NCBI GenBank assembly: GCA_032718475.1
Contig: JAUCBJ010001182.1
Coordinates: forward strand, 1-64,000
Reading direction: 5' to 3'
Length of the DNA: 64,000 bases
Origin: Nemertoderma westbladi
Taxonomy: Eukaryota > Animalia > Xenacoelomorpha
In this document: piece after piece, positions 13,923 to 26,036 of the stretch
Layout: the number at the start of each line of letters is the position of its first letter
How positions within the stretch are numbered: the stretch's first letter is position 1
Position numbers and translations under genes: made by a program
The notes under the pieces: model-generated
Told to the model about the DNA's origin: nothing
Database searches by the model: none
The model's input: the letters and a program-made list of their open reading frames with translations, nothing else

Positions 13923-15434
13923 AATTCCCTTAAATTTAACTTTTAAAGTTTTAAATAAATCATAAATGATAAACTATTGTTCCTCCTATACAACTATTGG
14001 AGGTGAACTCTATCTTTGGATACGGTACCGAATGATACAACAATAATATTTCCAATGATCACTGATGATGGAATTATGTGCGAATGCGAACCAGTTCTAA
14101 ATACCCTGTGTTATAATAGGGCGGATTATATAATTATATATAAAGCGCTGGATTTGAACAAAATTTTTCTCAATTAGTTCAAAATATAGAAAAATAAATA
14201 TAATTAATTATCTATATAAATATAAAACATCAACAACACAAATAATACATACAGTTTATCTCTCAACCGCCTATATACATGTTAGCCTACGGGTATCAAG
14301 TGCAATGTACGGTATAATCATACAATATAAACTTATAATGGATGGAAATTACCCCATGATAAATATCATTATGTTAGTTTTATTACAAATTAAATAATAA
14401 TAACTATTTGTTTGTACAATTTTTATGTAGCATGTCACCATATCACATTGAAGTCATTGAGAACTGGTTAATCTTTACAATAATTCAACCGGTTATGATT
14501 AGGATGCTGCCCATTTATCCCTACAGGCGAAAATTATTAATGATGACTAATATTATTCTATGACCACGAAAGATAAATTATTAGAGAAATCGGATTTTTC
14601 CTAATAAATTATTTATTTCCGATGGAACTATCAGTCAATCAAACAGTTATACTAAATTAAGTTACAATTATTTTTATTATCATTAGTTTTTCACTAACAA
14701 ACCGTGTCACCCCATGTCGAAGTAAATCAATTTATTTTTATATTATGTAAGAAAAGTTATCGTTGAACGATATAACTCGAACTTATAACACGAAAGACCA
14801 GAGGCAACCTGAAGGCTCATCTCCCTGATACCTGTAAGCCGGATGCCACACACTACTTCCGAAGTTACAAAACGTAACTGTCAACCAATCCCTTTTCTTC
14901 ACTCCCCCAGCTTCTCGTGGCGTGGCCAGGATCACATATACGAAATGTGGACTGGCTCAGCACGGGATATAACCTGGGGACGTTAGGACAATTCGTACCC
15001 GGAAATTTCGGACTCCTTCAGACATTTCGGATACAAATTATCCAGGTACGAATTGTCCCGAGACTTGCTGTCAGGCTATTAAATAATAAATATCATCTAT
15101 TGTTTATGTGGTAACCATGACGTCGTGTTGTAATGTCCGCTAATGGGACATTACATAATAATAATACACCAATACAATACTAAATGTACAGGCCATTACA
15201 ATACTGTAATGTCCTCTAAAATTGTAAAGTGCAAAATTACAACTCGCTGTTAATACTAACGGACAAGGCCAATTCACGGACAATTCAAGGACAAGTAGAC
15301 CTGGAAATACTAATTTACGTCCTCATTTCCTCGAATCTGTCAATACCATCATCTGCAGTAATGTGCTCAATCCTAATTTACTTGGCTGTCTTTAACCAAC
15401 TTCAACAGTAATCCCTCTTGATCTAGAAATAGGT

Positions 15435-15636
15435 TGTAGTGACCTAACATCACGAATTAATGGGTTAACATGAGAGCGGGATATTCAAACAGGGATATAT
15501 AGGACTACTACCTAGGCCTACTGTACTGCTGTACGATATACAGCTTACTGCGCTGTCAGATCAATTATCATATCTGCATATGCAATTATATCTGTTATCA
15601 ATGCTATAACTAATTTATTAATGAACGATCATTAAA
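15435..15636 (+). repeat. 5' LTR of host Gypsy element (202 bp)
   Basis: Direct repeat of 39315-39515 with about 6 substitutions and 1 indel by eye; TGTAGT...ATTAAA. Confidence 0.93.
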
Positions 15637-15637
15637 G

Positions 15638-15652
15638 TGGTGACCCGGACGA
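15638..15652 (+). promoter_or_regulatory. Primer-binding site, tRNA-Trp-like
   Basis: TGGTGACCCGGACG 1 nt after the 5' LTR; one mismatch to the tRNA-Trp complement TGGTGACCCCGACG. Confidence 0.8.
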
Positions 15653-16228
15653 GGACGCCAGAAACGATAAAAACGTGACTCTGTTGATGCTTTTCTGCTC
15701 TTATCGTTTATCATAACAAATAATGACCGAAGCCAACGCAGTCGTACTGAAACTTCCTGCCTTCTGGTCCGCCGAACCTGATATTTGGTTCCTGCAAGCG
15801 GAATCTCAATTCGCGATTCGGAAAATCATATGTGATGCAACGAAATATCATTATGTTGTAGCCTCCCTGGACCAAGTTATCGCCTGCCGGGTCCGCGGCA
15901 TTATCTACAACCCGCCCGCCGATCAAAAGTATGAAACTCTTAAAGCTAAACTCGTTTCCTGTTACAGTTTAACACCCGAACAGAAGGCTTCTCGGCTCAC
16001 CAACCTCAGTGCGCTTGGAGATCGTAAACCATCCGAGCTCCTCGACTATATGTTGTCTCTCAATGATGATAAACCCCCGGATGAGCTTTTCCGCCGACAC
16101 TTTGTAGAACAACTCCCACAATATGTCCAAGATGCCATCATTGCTCTAGATTTTAATGACATTGTCGATCTTGCTAAGGTTGCTGACAAGGTAATAGAGC
16201 GGCGGCGCGATCAACCATCTATCAACGC

Positions 16229-16787
16229 TGTTAGCTTATCCAATTCCGCTAACACCCCATAAAGTGAGCCATTAAGCAATATTGGGAACACGAGGTTGAT
16301 TACCAATATCAACCTCGTGTCACCCCAACAAAGTGGGAAGGAGAAACATACGCACAATAGGGGTCAGGGGTTACACCCCTGACAGAGAGAGAATAGCAGG
16401 AGTGAGGGGAAACACTCCAAAGGGCGCCAACAAGGTTATTAGCCAATGGGGGGAAGGCACCGGCCAGGTACTGTAACAACGGCCAAACCGTGCAATATAT
16501 ATTACCAGTTATCATATTATTGTAGCCAGTTATCTCATTGTGTTAGTCGGTTAGCTAGGGTAGAACGGAGACTTCTAATACCGTCCCCGTCTACCGCCAT
16601 TATCTGTACATACTGTAGTACTTCAATTGCCATCTAACCTTATTGAACTATATCCATCTTAACGTTTATATTATACATACATCGGAGAACTAATAACATC
16701 AGAACTGTCAAACTCTGTTCACATACAAACGGCGGGGACGCGTAATTGGAACAACCGGATAAATCGGGGTCGACCGATCCCGTCACA
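16229..16787 (+). mobile_element. Solo LTR (559 bp) of a family related to the 25496-37105 element, opposite orientation
   Basis: TGTTAGCTTAT...GATCCCGTCACA with 5-bp TSD AACGC (16224-16228 and 16788-16792). Both ends resemble the reverse complement of the 541-bp LTR. Confidence 0.9.
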
Positions 16788-16921
16788 AACGCTGCTGCTG
16801 CAACCCGTCGCCCCCCGCGGCGCGACCGTCCATCCACAAATGATGGATCCAAAGAGATTTGCTGGTACCATGCGAAGTTTGGCGACAAGGCGAAGAATTG
16901 CCATTCCCCGTGCATCCATTC

Positions 16922-16928
16922 GGGAAAC
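16922..16928 (+). promoter_or_regulatory. Putative -1 gag-pol ribosomal frameshift slippery site G GGA AAC
   Basis: X XXY YYZ heptamer at the end of gag, where the protease frame overlaps in -1. Confidence 0.7.
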
Positions 16929-17282
16929 TCCTCAACCAGCCACTAGTGGCGGCAAGTGTCGCTGGTCGAGAGAGCCGCCTTCTGTACGTCTGGGACCGAA
17001 ACTCTGGTACGCGTTTCCTCGTTGATTCTGGCGCCGATTTCAGTGTTTATCCTGCTTCCCCTCGTGAAAGGCGCTTAGGGAGATCCGTTGATTTCTTAAA
17101 CTCTGACTCTCTCACTGCCGCGAATGGCAGCAGCCCCATTGCGACTTATGGTACTCGTTTAATTCCACTTAATCTCAGATCCCGTCAGTTCTCATGGAAT
17201 TTTTTCCTCGCCAATGTAATGCAACCAAACTTGGGTGCTGATTTCTTCTGTAGTCAAGGAATCCTCATAGACCTCAAGAACC
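16929..17282 (+). pseudogene. pol: Gypsy pol part 1: aspartic protease
   Basis: FLVDSGADFSVYP and LGADFF motifs; cut by the BEL/Pao insertion at 17283. Confidence 0.88.
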
Positions 17283-17669
17283 TGTTGCAGCAGACCTCGT
17301 TCCCCCTCGTTTCCCCCCTTATTTATCGGTCTAAATCTTTATGACGTATTTATTATCAAGCAGCCATTTTGGCAACTTCCGGTTACTTACTTATGTCTCG
17401 GTGCTACCGGTAATTATTGTCTTTATGTGTATCACCTATCATCGTATTCATTTCATTATCATTAACTAACGTTAATGTAACTCAAGCAACTTAATAACAA
17501 TAATTACTGAAGCAATGTATACTATTTTTCTGCATACCCGTTAAACAATACCGTATATGGCAGGCGAGAATCGATTAGGCTGTTAGCAGTTAGTTCAATA
17601 CAGTAATATCCTGCCGTTTTGTCTGTCAGACTACGAGTCTGGCAGCCTGGGTCTCACGGATTCTACATA

Positions 17670-17687
17670 TGGTGCATTGGCCGGGAA
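17670..17687 (+). promoter_or_regulatory. Primer-binding site complementary to the tRNA-Gly 3' end
   Basis: TGGTGCATTGGCCGGGAA, 2 nt after the 5' LTR. Confidence 0.88.
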
Positions 17688-17752
17688 ACCGACGACGCGG
17701 TTGTCCCTTTTCCTGTCTCTGTACGTAGCGGATTTCGTAGATATTTTTACCT

Positions 17753-20330
17753 ATGGCGACTGGCAGCACAGGTGTCCACACCGGTAACGGTAGCGGTGTT
17801 GATTTGCCCACGGGGGCTATACTTAAACGTGCAGGCAGTGACGCTGACGGTAAACCTGCTGTCAACGGTGGCAGTCGGCTATGCGAAGATAATCCGCTAA
17901 TCGAGAACCATGAACCCGCACTGCAGGATTTTAACAGTGCTACACAAGACGACGATTTTGAAGATCCGATAGATGAGTTGGAATTCGATGTGACTTTCAC
18001 TAAGAAGGAACGTACCACAGCTCGAGGAAGAGTTACGAAGTGCATAAACCGCATTAATGCCACTATCGAGGGTCAAGGCAGCCGCTCTGTTCTCAAAGCC
18101 CTTCTAGAAATACTCATCGATCTTCAAGAAGAATGTACAGAAGTCCACAAGTCTTATATTCGGTCTGTTGCTCAATCCGGCTCTGTTACCGATCCAGTGG
18201 CTGACGACTCGTGGCTCCAGCTTATGTTACGAGCGGTGGCTGCATGTCGCGCGTCCGTTAACGATTACTTTATTTCCCGCAGTAGCGAAGCGAGTTCTAC
18301 TGCGAGTTCCCATCGAGTTGGAGGAACCCGAGCGTCGGGTTCTGCATCCGCGTTACTAAACTCGGTTCGCTCAACTTGACGGATCGCCAAGGAAAACGAA
18401 CTGAAGCTGCTTCAGTTTCAACGCGATACCGAACTAAGGAAAAAGGAACAGAGTTTAAGGGAGTCAGAACATCAGTTGGTGGAGGAGAAAGAACTTCGAC
18501 GACTTCAAAACGATGTAGAATCTTCGCGGTTATCCGTTGCTCTTGACGAGGATAATACTGGCGCTGCTGAACTCGATGATGACGATTTCCCTCGTTCTCA
18601 TATCAGTAATGCGGCTAGTTCAAGGGCCGGTCGCAGTCAGCTCATAGGTCGCGAGACCACCGAAGTCACTGCAGTACCAAGTTGTAATAATAACCGTGTT
18701 AGTTTTAATGTTACCAATTTAAATGACAATAATGTATTTTCTACTGGTATGTCTGAAAGCAATAATAATTCAATCAATTTATCGAATATCACTAGTGTAA
18801 ATATTTCAAGTGCTTCTGTAGGCGTTGGTGTCTCCAGCATATTTACCAGTGCGCCATTAGGTACCAGTACTAGAAATTATTGTAATAATTTTGTCGAACC
18901 GTTACCACATTCGTCTACATACTGTAGCATTTATAATGGTTTTTCGGCGCCATTTGGCCCCAATACGTCTTTGTGCGGGGAAAGGTTCACAAATGCTATT
19001 TCCCCCCCTGCACCCCCTACCACTTGGGCCTTGCACACTCCCCCCTTTGTTCCTCAGAGTGTTAATTTTCCCAGTGTTAACCCTTGTAGCCTATCCATGT
19101 CTGGTCTGGGGTCAATGTCCTTTCCCACTGGGTTTAATAACGGGTCGGCTGTTGGTGGGTCAGTTGGGTCACCTACTGTCCCATCCATTGCAACGGCCCC
19201 TAAATCCCCTCACGGTCAATCCACTATAGATAATTGGATTGATAGCGCTGAGTTAAGTGCTGCGACTTTACAAATGTCACATCAAACTATTCCACAACTT
19301 TCTACAGGGCCATATAATCCATGGTCGCAGGTTAACCTAGAACCTTTTGATGGTAACGCTGCTAAATGGCCTGGATTTATATCTAGTTTTAAAGCGTTAT
19401 ATCACGATACCGTTCCATCCCTCGCTTTAAAAATGGCTATTTTACAAAATTCGCTCACAGAGGAAGTGCGCGAAAGTGTGTCTAGTTTTTTAGATGACCC
19501 TAATTTATATTTTGATGCTCTAAAAGAATTAAGACGTATCTATGGCGATACGCATTTAGTTGCTAATGAGTCTAGCAAACGACTTAAAAACTTACCTGAA
19601 GTAAAAATGGGTAAAACACATTACGCCACTTTGAAAGAATTTTCAATAAAACTCAATGGTGCTATTAGCAGATTAAAACGATGCGGTTATACCGCCGACT
19701 TGTTTGCTAACAACAACATTGATGACGTCATGGCAAAATTACCTCCATCTTTTCATTATGAATGGAGTAAACGAGTTTTAGATAATCGTCCCCAACAACC
19801 ATCACTAGAACATCTAAATAGTTGGATTGCCATAAAACTAGAGCGCGCTAGAATTGCTGAAGGAAGTTTACAGGCGGCAAGTAGTAATAAACTCAATAAT
19901 TCGGAAAGGTTGGTTCAGTCAAATCAAAAGAATGTTACCAGCACGAATAAAAATAAAAATCAGATTTCTAGCAAAGGTCAAATTACTATACATACGCCTA
20001 CAATAGCAGCAATTCATGCGCCATCTAGTGGGGATACTTTAAATTCAAATAAAGTTGAAAATCAAAGCGTTTCAAAAACAAAAAAGAAAGTTTCTACTAA
20101 TTCAACTGCTATGGGTAGTGGTAAATTTACACCACAGAGCAGTGTTATTGAAACCAGCTGTGTGGTGTGTAATGGTAAACATGCTCTGATGAAGTGCAGT
20201 GTGTTTATCAGTATGGATCCTGAAGACCGTGGTGATGTAATTCGCAAACATAATTTGTGTTTTGCATGCGGTGTTCCTGGTCATTCTGCAGTTGATTGTA
20301 AAATTAAAGTTCCGTGTGATGTTTTAAGCG
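17753..20330 (+). pseudogene. gag: BEL/Pao gag region with one in-frame TGA (18377-18379) and a frameshift near 20320
   Basis: ORFs 17753 and 18476 share a frame. LEPFDGNAAKWPGF (DUF1759-like) and Cys/His knuckles CVVCNGKH and CFACGVPGHSAVDC; KRHHTLLH continues in the pol frame. Confidence 0.88.
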
Positions 20331-20361
20331 TCACCATACTCTCCTCCATAATGCACCCAGA

Positions 20362-23300
20362 GTGTTTACTGCAAAGAATTTTAGCAGTAAAGGTTACGAT
20401 TTTATTAAAAATTCTGACAGTGATAAGTCAAATTCCAAGCATGTGGGCACAGCATCGGTTTCAGCTGTTGCTGAACTTTCTAAAGTTGCTTTACAAATTG
20501 TTCCTGTATGCGTCATAGAACAATCGTCTGGTAAGATTTTAAACAATAAATTCGCATTTCTAGACCCAGGTTCTGAAACTTCACTTATAACATCTCGATT
20601 AGCTGAACAATTAGGCTTAAAAGGTCCTAATAAAATTGTACAATTTGGTAATTTTCAGGATGACGGTAAAGTTGGGTTTGCTTGTGAGAGTGAATTTGCT
20701 GTGTCACACTGTAAGGGTGGTCTGCAATATCGTATTCCCAAAGCTTGGATCGTACCTCGTATTAATGTTGGTCGACAATATTTCGACTGGCCAAATATGA
20801 AATCTTCATGGGCCCATCTTAAAGACTTAGACCTGCCCATCATAGATTCAGCCAATGTTGATATTTTATTAGGTGCTGATGTTTTCGATGTTATTTGGCC
20901 TCTTGAATTTCGAAAGGGACCATCTGGTTCACCAATTGCGGTTCGTACTAATTTTGGTTCGACTTGTACATCACGCGTCCCCCTTGTACCAATGTCTGAT
21001 ACAGAACAGCTTCAGGTATCGCACATTCGCATAACTCCTTTAGATACTGAAAGTAATTTAGCAGATTCTGAATTTCAGTTACTCGATTCTGTTAAGAGAT
21101 TCTGGACAACCGAATCATTTGGAGTAAGGCCTTGCAAGGCCCTTCCTATTGCGGCTGAAGAGTCTCGAGCTATAGAACTCTTAAATAAGAACACAAAATG
21201 TGTCAATAATCGCTATGTCACGAGTTTATTGTGGGCAGAGGATAATACCAAATTGCCAAATAATATTTCCTCTGCATATAAGCGTCTTCTTTCAGTAGAG
21301 AGGCGACTTAAACGTGAACCTGAGTTAGCTACAATCTATGAATCCACAATCAATGGTTATATAGAAAAGGGTTTCGCTGTTAAGGTTGATTCCAAGGATC
21401 TTAAAGGGCCAGTAGGTAAGACTTGGTATCTTCCACACCATCCAGTTGTCCACCCATGTAAGCCTGGGAAGGTGAGGCCGGTGTTTAATGCATCGGCCAG
21501 ACACAATGGTGTCTCCCTCAATGACAAACTTCTCAAGGGTCCTGATTTTTTAAACAGTCTTCAAGGCTGCCTTCTTAAGTTTAGGAAGAAGCCCATAGCA
21601 ATATCCGGAGATATAACGGCTATGTATCATCAAGTGATGGTGAAGAAAGAAGATCAGGATTTTCTTCGTTTTTTATGGGGAGGCCTTGAACGTCAAGGTC
21701 CTCCAACTGTCTATAAGATGGTTCGTGAATGCTTTGGATGCATCTCTTCAACGTGTTCGTGTATCTATGCACTCAATCGAACTGCATTGGATAATGAACA
21801 GCAGTATCCTGTTGCTTCTAAAAAGGTTCTTTCGCATTTCTATGCAGATAACTATTTTGATTCGTGTGATAGTGAGGAAGAAGCTATAACCCTTGTTAAG
21901 AATATGATTGATTTACTTTCTTTGGGAAGCTTTCCATTAGGACAATGGATGTCTTCATCAAAGAGAGTGCTATCAACTATACCTACTAAGCAGTTAGCAA
22001 ATCCATCAATCGACCTAGATCTTGATGAGCTTCCAATTGAGCGAGCCCTAGGTGTTCGTTGGGATTGTAGTAGAGATACCTTCGTATTCTTTACACAGCT
22101 TAAGGATAAGATACCGACAAAGAGGAATGTCCTGCGACAGGTGGCATCCATCTTTGATCCACTCGGTGTACTATCTCCCATTCTTTTAACCGCTAAAATC
22201 TTACTTCAGGATTGTTGGCGCCGTGAACTATCTTGGGATGAGAATCTTCATGATGATCTTAAAATTCGTTGGGAGGAATGGTTAAGTGATCTTTCCAACC
22301 TCCATAAGATAGAAATCCCACGTTGCTATTCATCATCTTTTAGTCCTGTAGTCAAATCGCAGCTGCATGTGTTTTCAGATGCGTCTGAAAAGGGGTTTGG
22401 TGCAGTTGCATATTTCCGTACTCTTCATTCCGATGATGCTATTGACATTAGTTTAGTCATGGCGAAATCTAGGAATGCTCCAGTCAAGCCCTTGACTGTA
22501 CCTCGGCTGGAACTGCAAGGCGCCGTCATGGCAACTCGCCTTGCTAGCTTGATTTGTGAGGAATTGTCATTGATAATTTCAGAAGTAATGTTTCATTTAG
22601 ATGCCAAGACTGTCCTTGGGTGGATAACTTCCTTAGCCTGTCGATATCATACCTTTGTAGCCCACAGAGTTGGTGAAATTCTGGATGTAACCACCCCTAG
22701 TCAGTGGAATTTCATACCAGGCGAACTTAATCCAGCAGATTATTGCAGTCGTCCAACTTCAATAGATCAGCTGATTGCTGAAGAGTCTTGGTTTCATGGT
22801 CCATTGTTTCTTTCTTTGCCAGAGAGTGAATGGCCCACCTTTAAATCTAATATCATTGTGCCAACTGTATATGATGTGGAGGTCAAGTCAGTCAACACTC
22901 TTCTTGTAACTGAAGTGGATAACGTTTTCTTAACTTTGATTTCCAAGATATCCGTATTACTACGTCTAAAGAGAATAACCTCCTGGGTATTTCGATTTGT
23001 GAGAAATTGTAAGAAGCGTAAGAGTGAGCGGGTCATTGGCCCCCTTTTGCCAAGAGAATTAAAAAACTCATTGGACTTTCTGATCAAAAGGGTTCAAGAA
23101 GATTCTTACCCCATTGAAGTGTGTAAACTTTCCCTAGGTGTTGCAATCCCAACTGATAGCAGCCTATTGACTCTAACCCCAATTCTTAATGAGTCTGGTT
23201 TGCTTGTCGTAGGTGGTAGGATTAGCAAATCTGATCTCTCCATATCAACTCGGCACCCAGTCATCTTACCTAAAGATGCCCATCTCACCAAGCTTATCAT

Positions 23301-24402
23301 TGAGGATGTCCATGATAATGTATTACATGAAGGTGTGGAGCAGACCCTAAATGCCCTCAGGCAATCTTTTTGGGTTCCTTCAGGTAGACTTTATGTGAAG
23401 AAGGTCTTAAATAAGTGCCTCGTCTGTAAGAAACGTCGTGTAAAGCCCGAAACACCACTGATGGCGGCACTGCCACGTCCTCGTCTTTCCCCCATGACTT
23501 ATACATTTGTAAATATTGGAATTGACTACATGGGTCCATTCTACACCAAGTTATTGCGTAGGTCCATGAAGCGTTATGTTCTTCTCACAACATGTCTCGT
23601 AACTCGCGCAGTTCATCTGGAGCTCGCCTATTCATTAGATACTAATTCTTTTCTGATGGCATTCCGTCGCATGATTGCTCGTCGTGGAAACCCATCAATT
23701 GTGTATAGCGATAATGGTTCGAATTTCACTTGTGGTGAAAAGGAACTTCGTCAATCTCTTGACAGTTGGAATCAAGAGGTTATTGTCGATGCATTATCTC
23801 AGAAGGGTATCAAGTGGTATTTCAACCCTCCATCAGGTCCTCACTTTGGAGGAAGTTGGGAACGACCAGTTCAGTCAGCTAAGAAAGCTCTTAAAATTGT
23901 TCTTGGTAATCAATTAGTTTCTGATGAACTCCTTATGACTGTCTTGGCTGAAGTTGAACGTCTTCTCAACAGTCGTCCTTTAACTCATGTCAGCGTGGAT
24001 CCAAATGACCCAGAAGCTCTAACACCTAATCATATACTGTTAGGTCGAGCAAATCCAAACCTCCCTCCTGGAATCTTTGACGACAAAGATATATGTTCTA
24101 AGAGTTTGTGGAAAGCTACTCAAGCCATCACCAGCCAATTCTGGCGGCGATGGATGAGAGAATATGTGCCTTCACTTATTGAACGCAGAGTGTGGCTCCA
24201 TGAGCGCCGCAATCTGAGTGTGAATGATATTGTGCTCGTGATTGAACCGAACACCCCACGTGGACAATGGCCACTAGGCAGAGTAGTAGAAACTTTTTCT
24301 GGTAGTGATGGCATTTTTAGGTCGGTTAAAGTTCGTATGAAAAACAAGGATTACACTCGGCCAGCTGTAAAACTATGCTTATTGGAGGAAGCACGTGAAT
24401 AG
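20362..24402 (+). CDS. pol: BEL/Pao Pol: protease, RT, RNase H, integrase (open for 1346 aa)
   Basis: FLDPGSETS (PR), WYLPHHPV, YADN (RT), HVFSDASEKGFG, VPRLELQGA, GIDYMGP, YSDNGSNF, GGSWER, and C-terminal RPAVKLCLLE. Confidence 0.95.
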   Translation: MFTAKNFSSKGYDFIKNSDSDKSNSKHVGTASVSAVAELSKVALQIVPVCVIEQSSGKILNNKFAFLDPGSETSLITSRLAEQLGLKGPNKIVQFGNFQDDGKVGFACESEFAVSHCKGGLQYRIPKAWIVPRINVGRQYFDWPNMKSSWAHLKDLDLPIIDSANVDILLGADVFDVIWPLEFRKGPSGSPIAVRTNFGSTCTSRVPLVPMSDTEQLQVSHIRITPLDTESNLADSEFQLLDSVKRFWTTESFGVRPCKALPIAAEESRAIELLNKNTKCVNNRYVTSLLWAEDNTKLPNNISSAYKRLLSVERRLKREPELATIYESTINGYIEKGFAVKVDSKDLKGPVGKTWYLPHHPVVHPCKPGKVRPVFNASARHNGVSLNDKLLKGPDFLNSLQGCLLKFRKKPIAISGDITAMYHQVMVKKEDQDFLRFLWGGLERQGPPTVYKMVRECFGCISSTCSCIYALNRTALDNEQQYPVASKKVLSHFYADNYFDSCDSEEEAITLVKNMIDLLSLGSFPLGQWMSSSKRVLSTIPTKQLANPSIDLDLDELPIERALGVRWDCSRDTFVFFTQLKDKIPTKRNVLRQVASIFDPLGVLSPILLTAKILLQDCWRRELSWDENLHDDLKIRWEEWLSDLSNLHKIEIPRCYSSSFSPVVKSQLHVFSDASEKGFGAVAYFRTLHSDDAIDISLVMAKSRNAPVKPLTVPRLELQGAVMATRLASLICEELSLIISEVMFHLDAKTVLGWITSLACRYHTFVAHRVGEILDVTTPSQWNFIPGELNPADYCSRPTSIDQLIAEESWFHGPLFLSLPESEWPTFKSNIIVPTVYDVEVKSVNTLLVTEVDNVFLTLISKISVLLRLKRITSWVFRFVRNCKKRKSERVIGPLLPRELKNSLDFLIKRVQEDSYPIEVCKLSLGVAIPTDSSLLTLTPILNESGLLVVGGRISKSDLSISTRHPVILPKDAHLTKLIIEDVHDNVLHEGVEQTLNALRQSFWVPSGRLYVKKVLNKCLVCKKRRVKPETPLMAALPRPRLSPMTYTFVNIGIDYMGPFYTKLLRRSMKRYVLLTTCLVTRAVHLELAYSLDTNSFLMAFRRMIARRGNPSIVYSDNGSNFTCGEKELRQSLDSWNQEVIVDALSQKGIKWYFNPPSGPHFGGSWERPVQSAKKALKIVLGNQLVSDELLMTVLAEVERLLNSRPLTHVSVDPNDPEALTPNHILLGRANPNLPPGIFDDKDICSKSLWKATQAITSQFWRRWMREYVPSLIERRVWLHERRNLSVNDIVLVIEPNTPRGQWPLGRVVETFSGSDGIFRSVKVRMKNKDYTRPAVKLCLLEEARE

Positions 24403-24842
24403 TTTTTTTGTTATTTAGTAAAGTCCCAGTCGTCGGACTTTAGGGTCGGCTATGTTGCAGCAGACCTCGTTCCCCCTCGTTTCCCCCCTTATTTATCGGT
24501 CTAAATCTTTATGACGTATTTATTATCAAGCAGCCATTTTGGCAACTTCCGGTTACTTACTTATGTCTCGGTGCTACTGGTAATTATTGTCTTTATGTGT
24601 ATCACCTATCATCGTATTCATTTCATTATCATTAACTAACGTTAATGTAACTCAAGCAACTTAATAACAATAATTACTGAAGCAATGTATACTATTTTTC
24701 TGCATACCCGTTAAACAATACCGTATATGGCAGGCGAGAATCGATTAGGCTGTTAGCAGTTAGTTCAATACAGTAATATCCTGCCGTTTTGTCTGTCAGA
24801 CTACGAGTCTGGCAGCCTGGGTCTCACGGATTCTACAGAACC

Positions 24843-25495
24843 AATGTTTAGTCGATGCCATAACTTACTTGACGATACCGCCATGTCGTACAAATGCGAG
24901 CACACCCAAACTCAACGCCATAAGCTCGGAAGACAACGATTTTTATTCCCTTTTGGCTGAGTTTCCACAGATAACAACGCCGTTATTCTCCACTACCACG
25001 GTACAACACGGAGTTGAACATCATATTCCTACTAAAGGTCCTCCAACTCATGCTCAGGCTCGCCGTTTAGACCCCACGAAACTGGCTGCTACTCGCAAAG
25101 AGTTTGAAACTTTGGAGAAACTCGGCATCATTCAGTGTTCTCCAGCCAATGGGCTACGCCTCTTCACATGGTACCAAAACCCGGAGGCGGTTGGCGCCCC
25201 TATGGTGATTATCGCCAGCTGAATGAGGCTACAATACCTGACAGATACCCAGTTCCCCATCTGCAGGATTTTACCGCACAGTTAGCGGGGAAAACGATAT
25301 TCTCGAAAGTAGATTTAGTGCGTGGCTATCATCAAATCCCAGAGGAATCTCATTCCAAAGACAGCCATAATTACGCCATTTGGCTTATTTGAGTTTCGTC
25401 GCATGCCTTTCGGCCTACGCAACACTGCACAGGCTTTTCAAAGGCTTATGGACCACGCTTGTCAAGACCTAGATTTTTTATTTATATATCTAGAC
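24843..25495 (+). pseudogene. pol: Gypsy pol part 2: RT N-terminal half, frameshifted, ending at YLD
   Basis: [52 protein letters not shown]...FQRLMD, then FIYLD at the insertion point. Confidence 0.92.
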
Positions 25496-26036
25496 TGTGA
25501 CGGGATCCAGGAGGGATCCCGATTTATCCGATGTGGTAATTTAGTCCACGCGTCCCCGCCGTGTATAAGGGTGGAATAAAGTAACTGAGTTCAGAAGTTC
25601 GGTGTATAATAATAATAGGGCATAGGATATAGATATAGATATAATGTGTACAAGGCGGGATACGGTAACTAAAGTCCCGTGATCCCCTAACTAAACTAAT
25701 TGACTACCAACCTACGCTAGCACTGCTACACTGAGATAACTGAATCACTGATTAATAGGTTATTGGTTATATTGCACGGTGGCCTTACTGCTACTCAATC
25801 GATGCCTTTCCCCCCTCTGATTGGTTAATACCCTTGTTGGCGCCCCGTGGAGTATTCCCGTTCACTCCACCTGTTCTCTCTGGGTTAGGGGTTTGGCCCC
25901 TGACCCTCTATTGTGTGCTTCCTTCCCACTCTTATTGGGATGGCACGAGTTGGTTAATTGCCCAATCTCGTGGCTCCCAATATTGCTTATCGGCTTATAA
26001 CTTTATGGGGTGTTGGCGGGATTGAATAAGCTAACA

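Larger units (their letters stand above)
15723..16946 (+). pseudogene. gag: Gypsy gag, split by solo LTR 16229-16787
   Basis: LKLPAFWSAEPDIWFLQAESQF N-terminus. Removing the solo LTR and one TSD copy rejoins PSINA to AAATRR...CWYHAKFGDKAKNCHSPC (C-x2-H-x9-C-x3-C). Confidence 0.9.
17283..24837 (+). mobile_element. Full-length BEL/Pao LTR retrotransposon (7555 bp), recent insertion
   Basis: 385-bp LTRs at 17283-17667 and 24453-24837 (TG...CA, one mismatch seen), TSD GAACC (17278-17282 and 24838-24842), PBS, and gag-pol. Confidence 0.96.
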
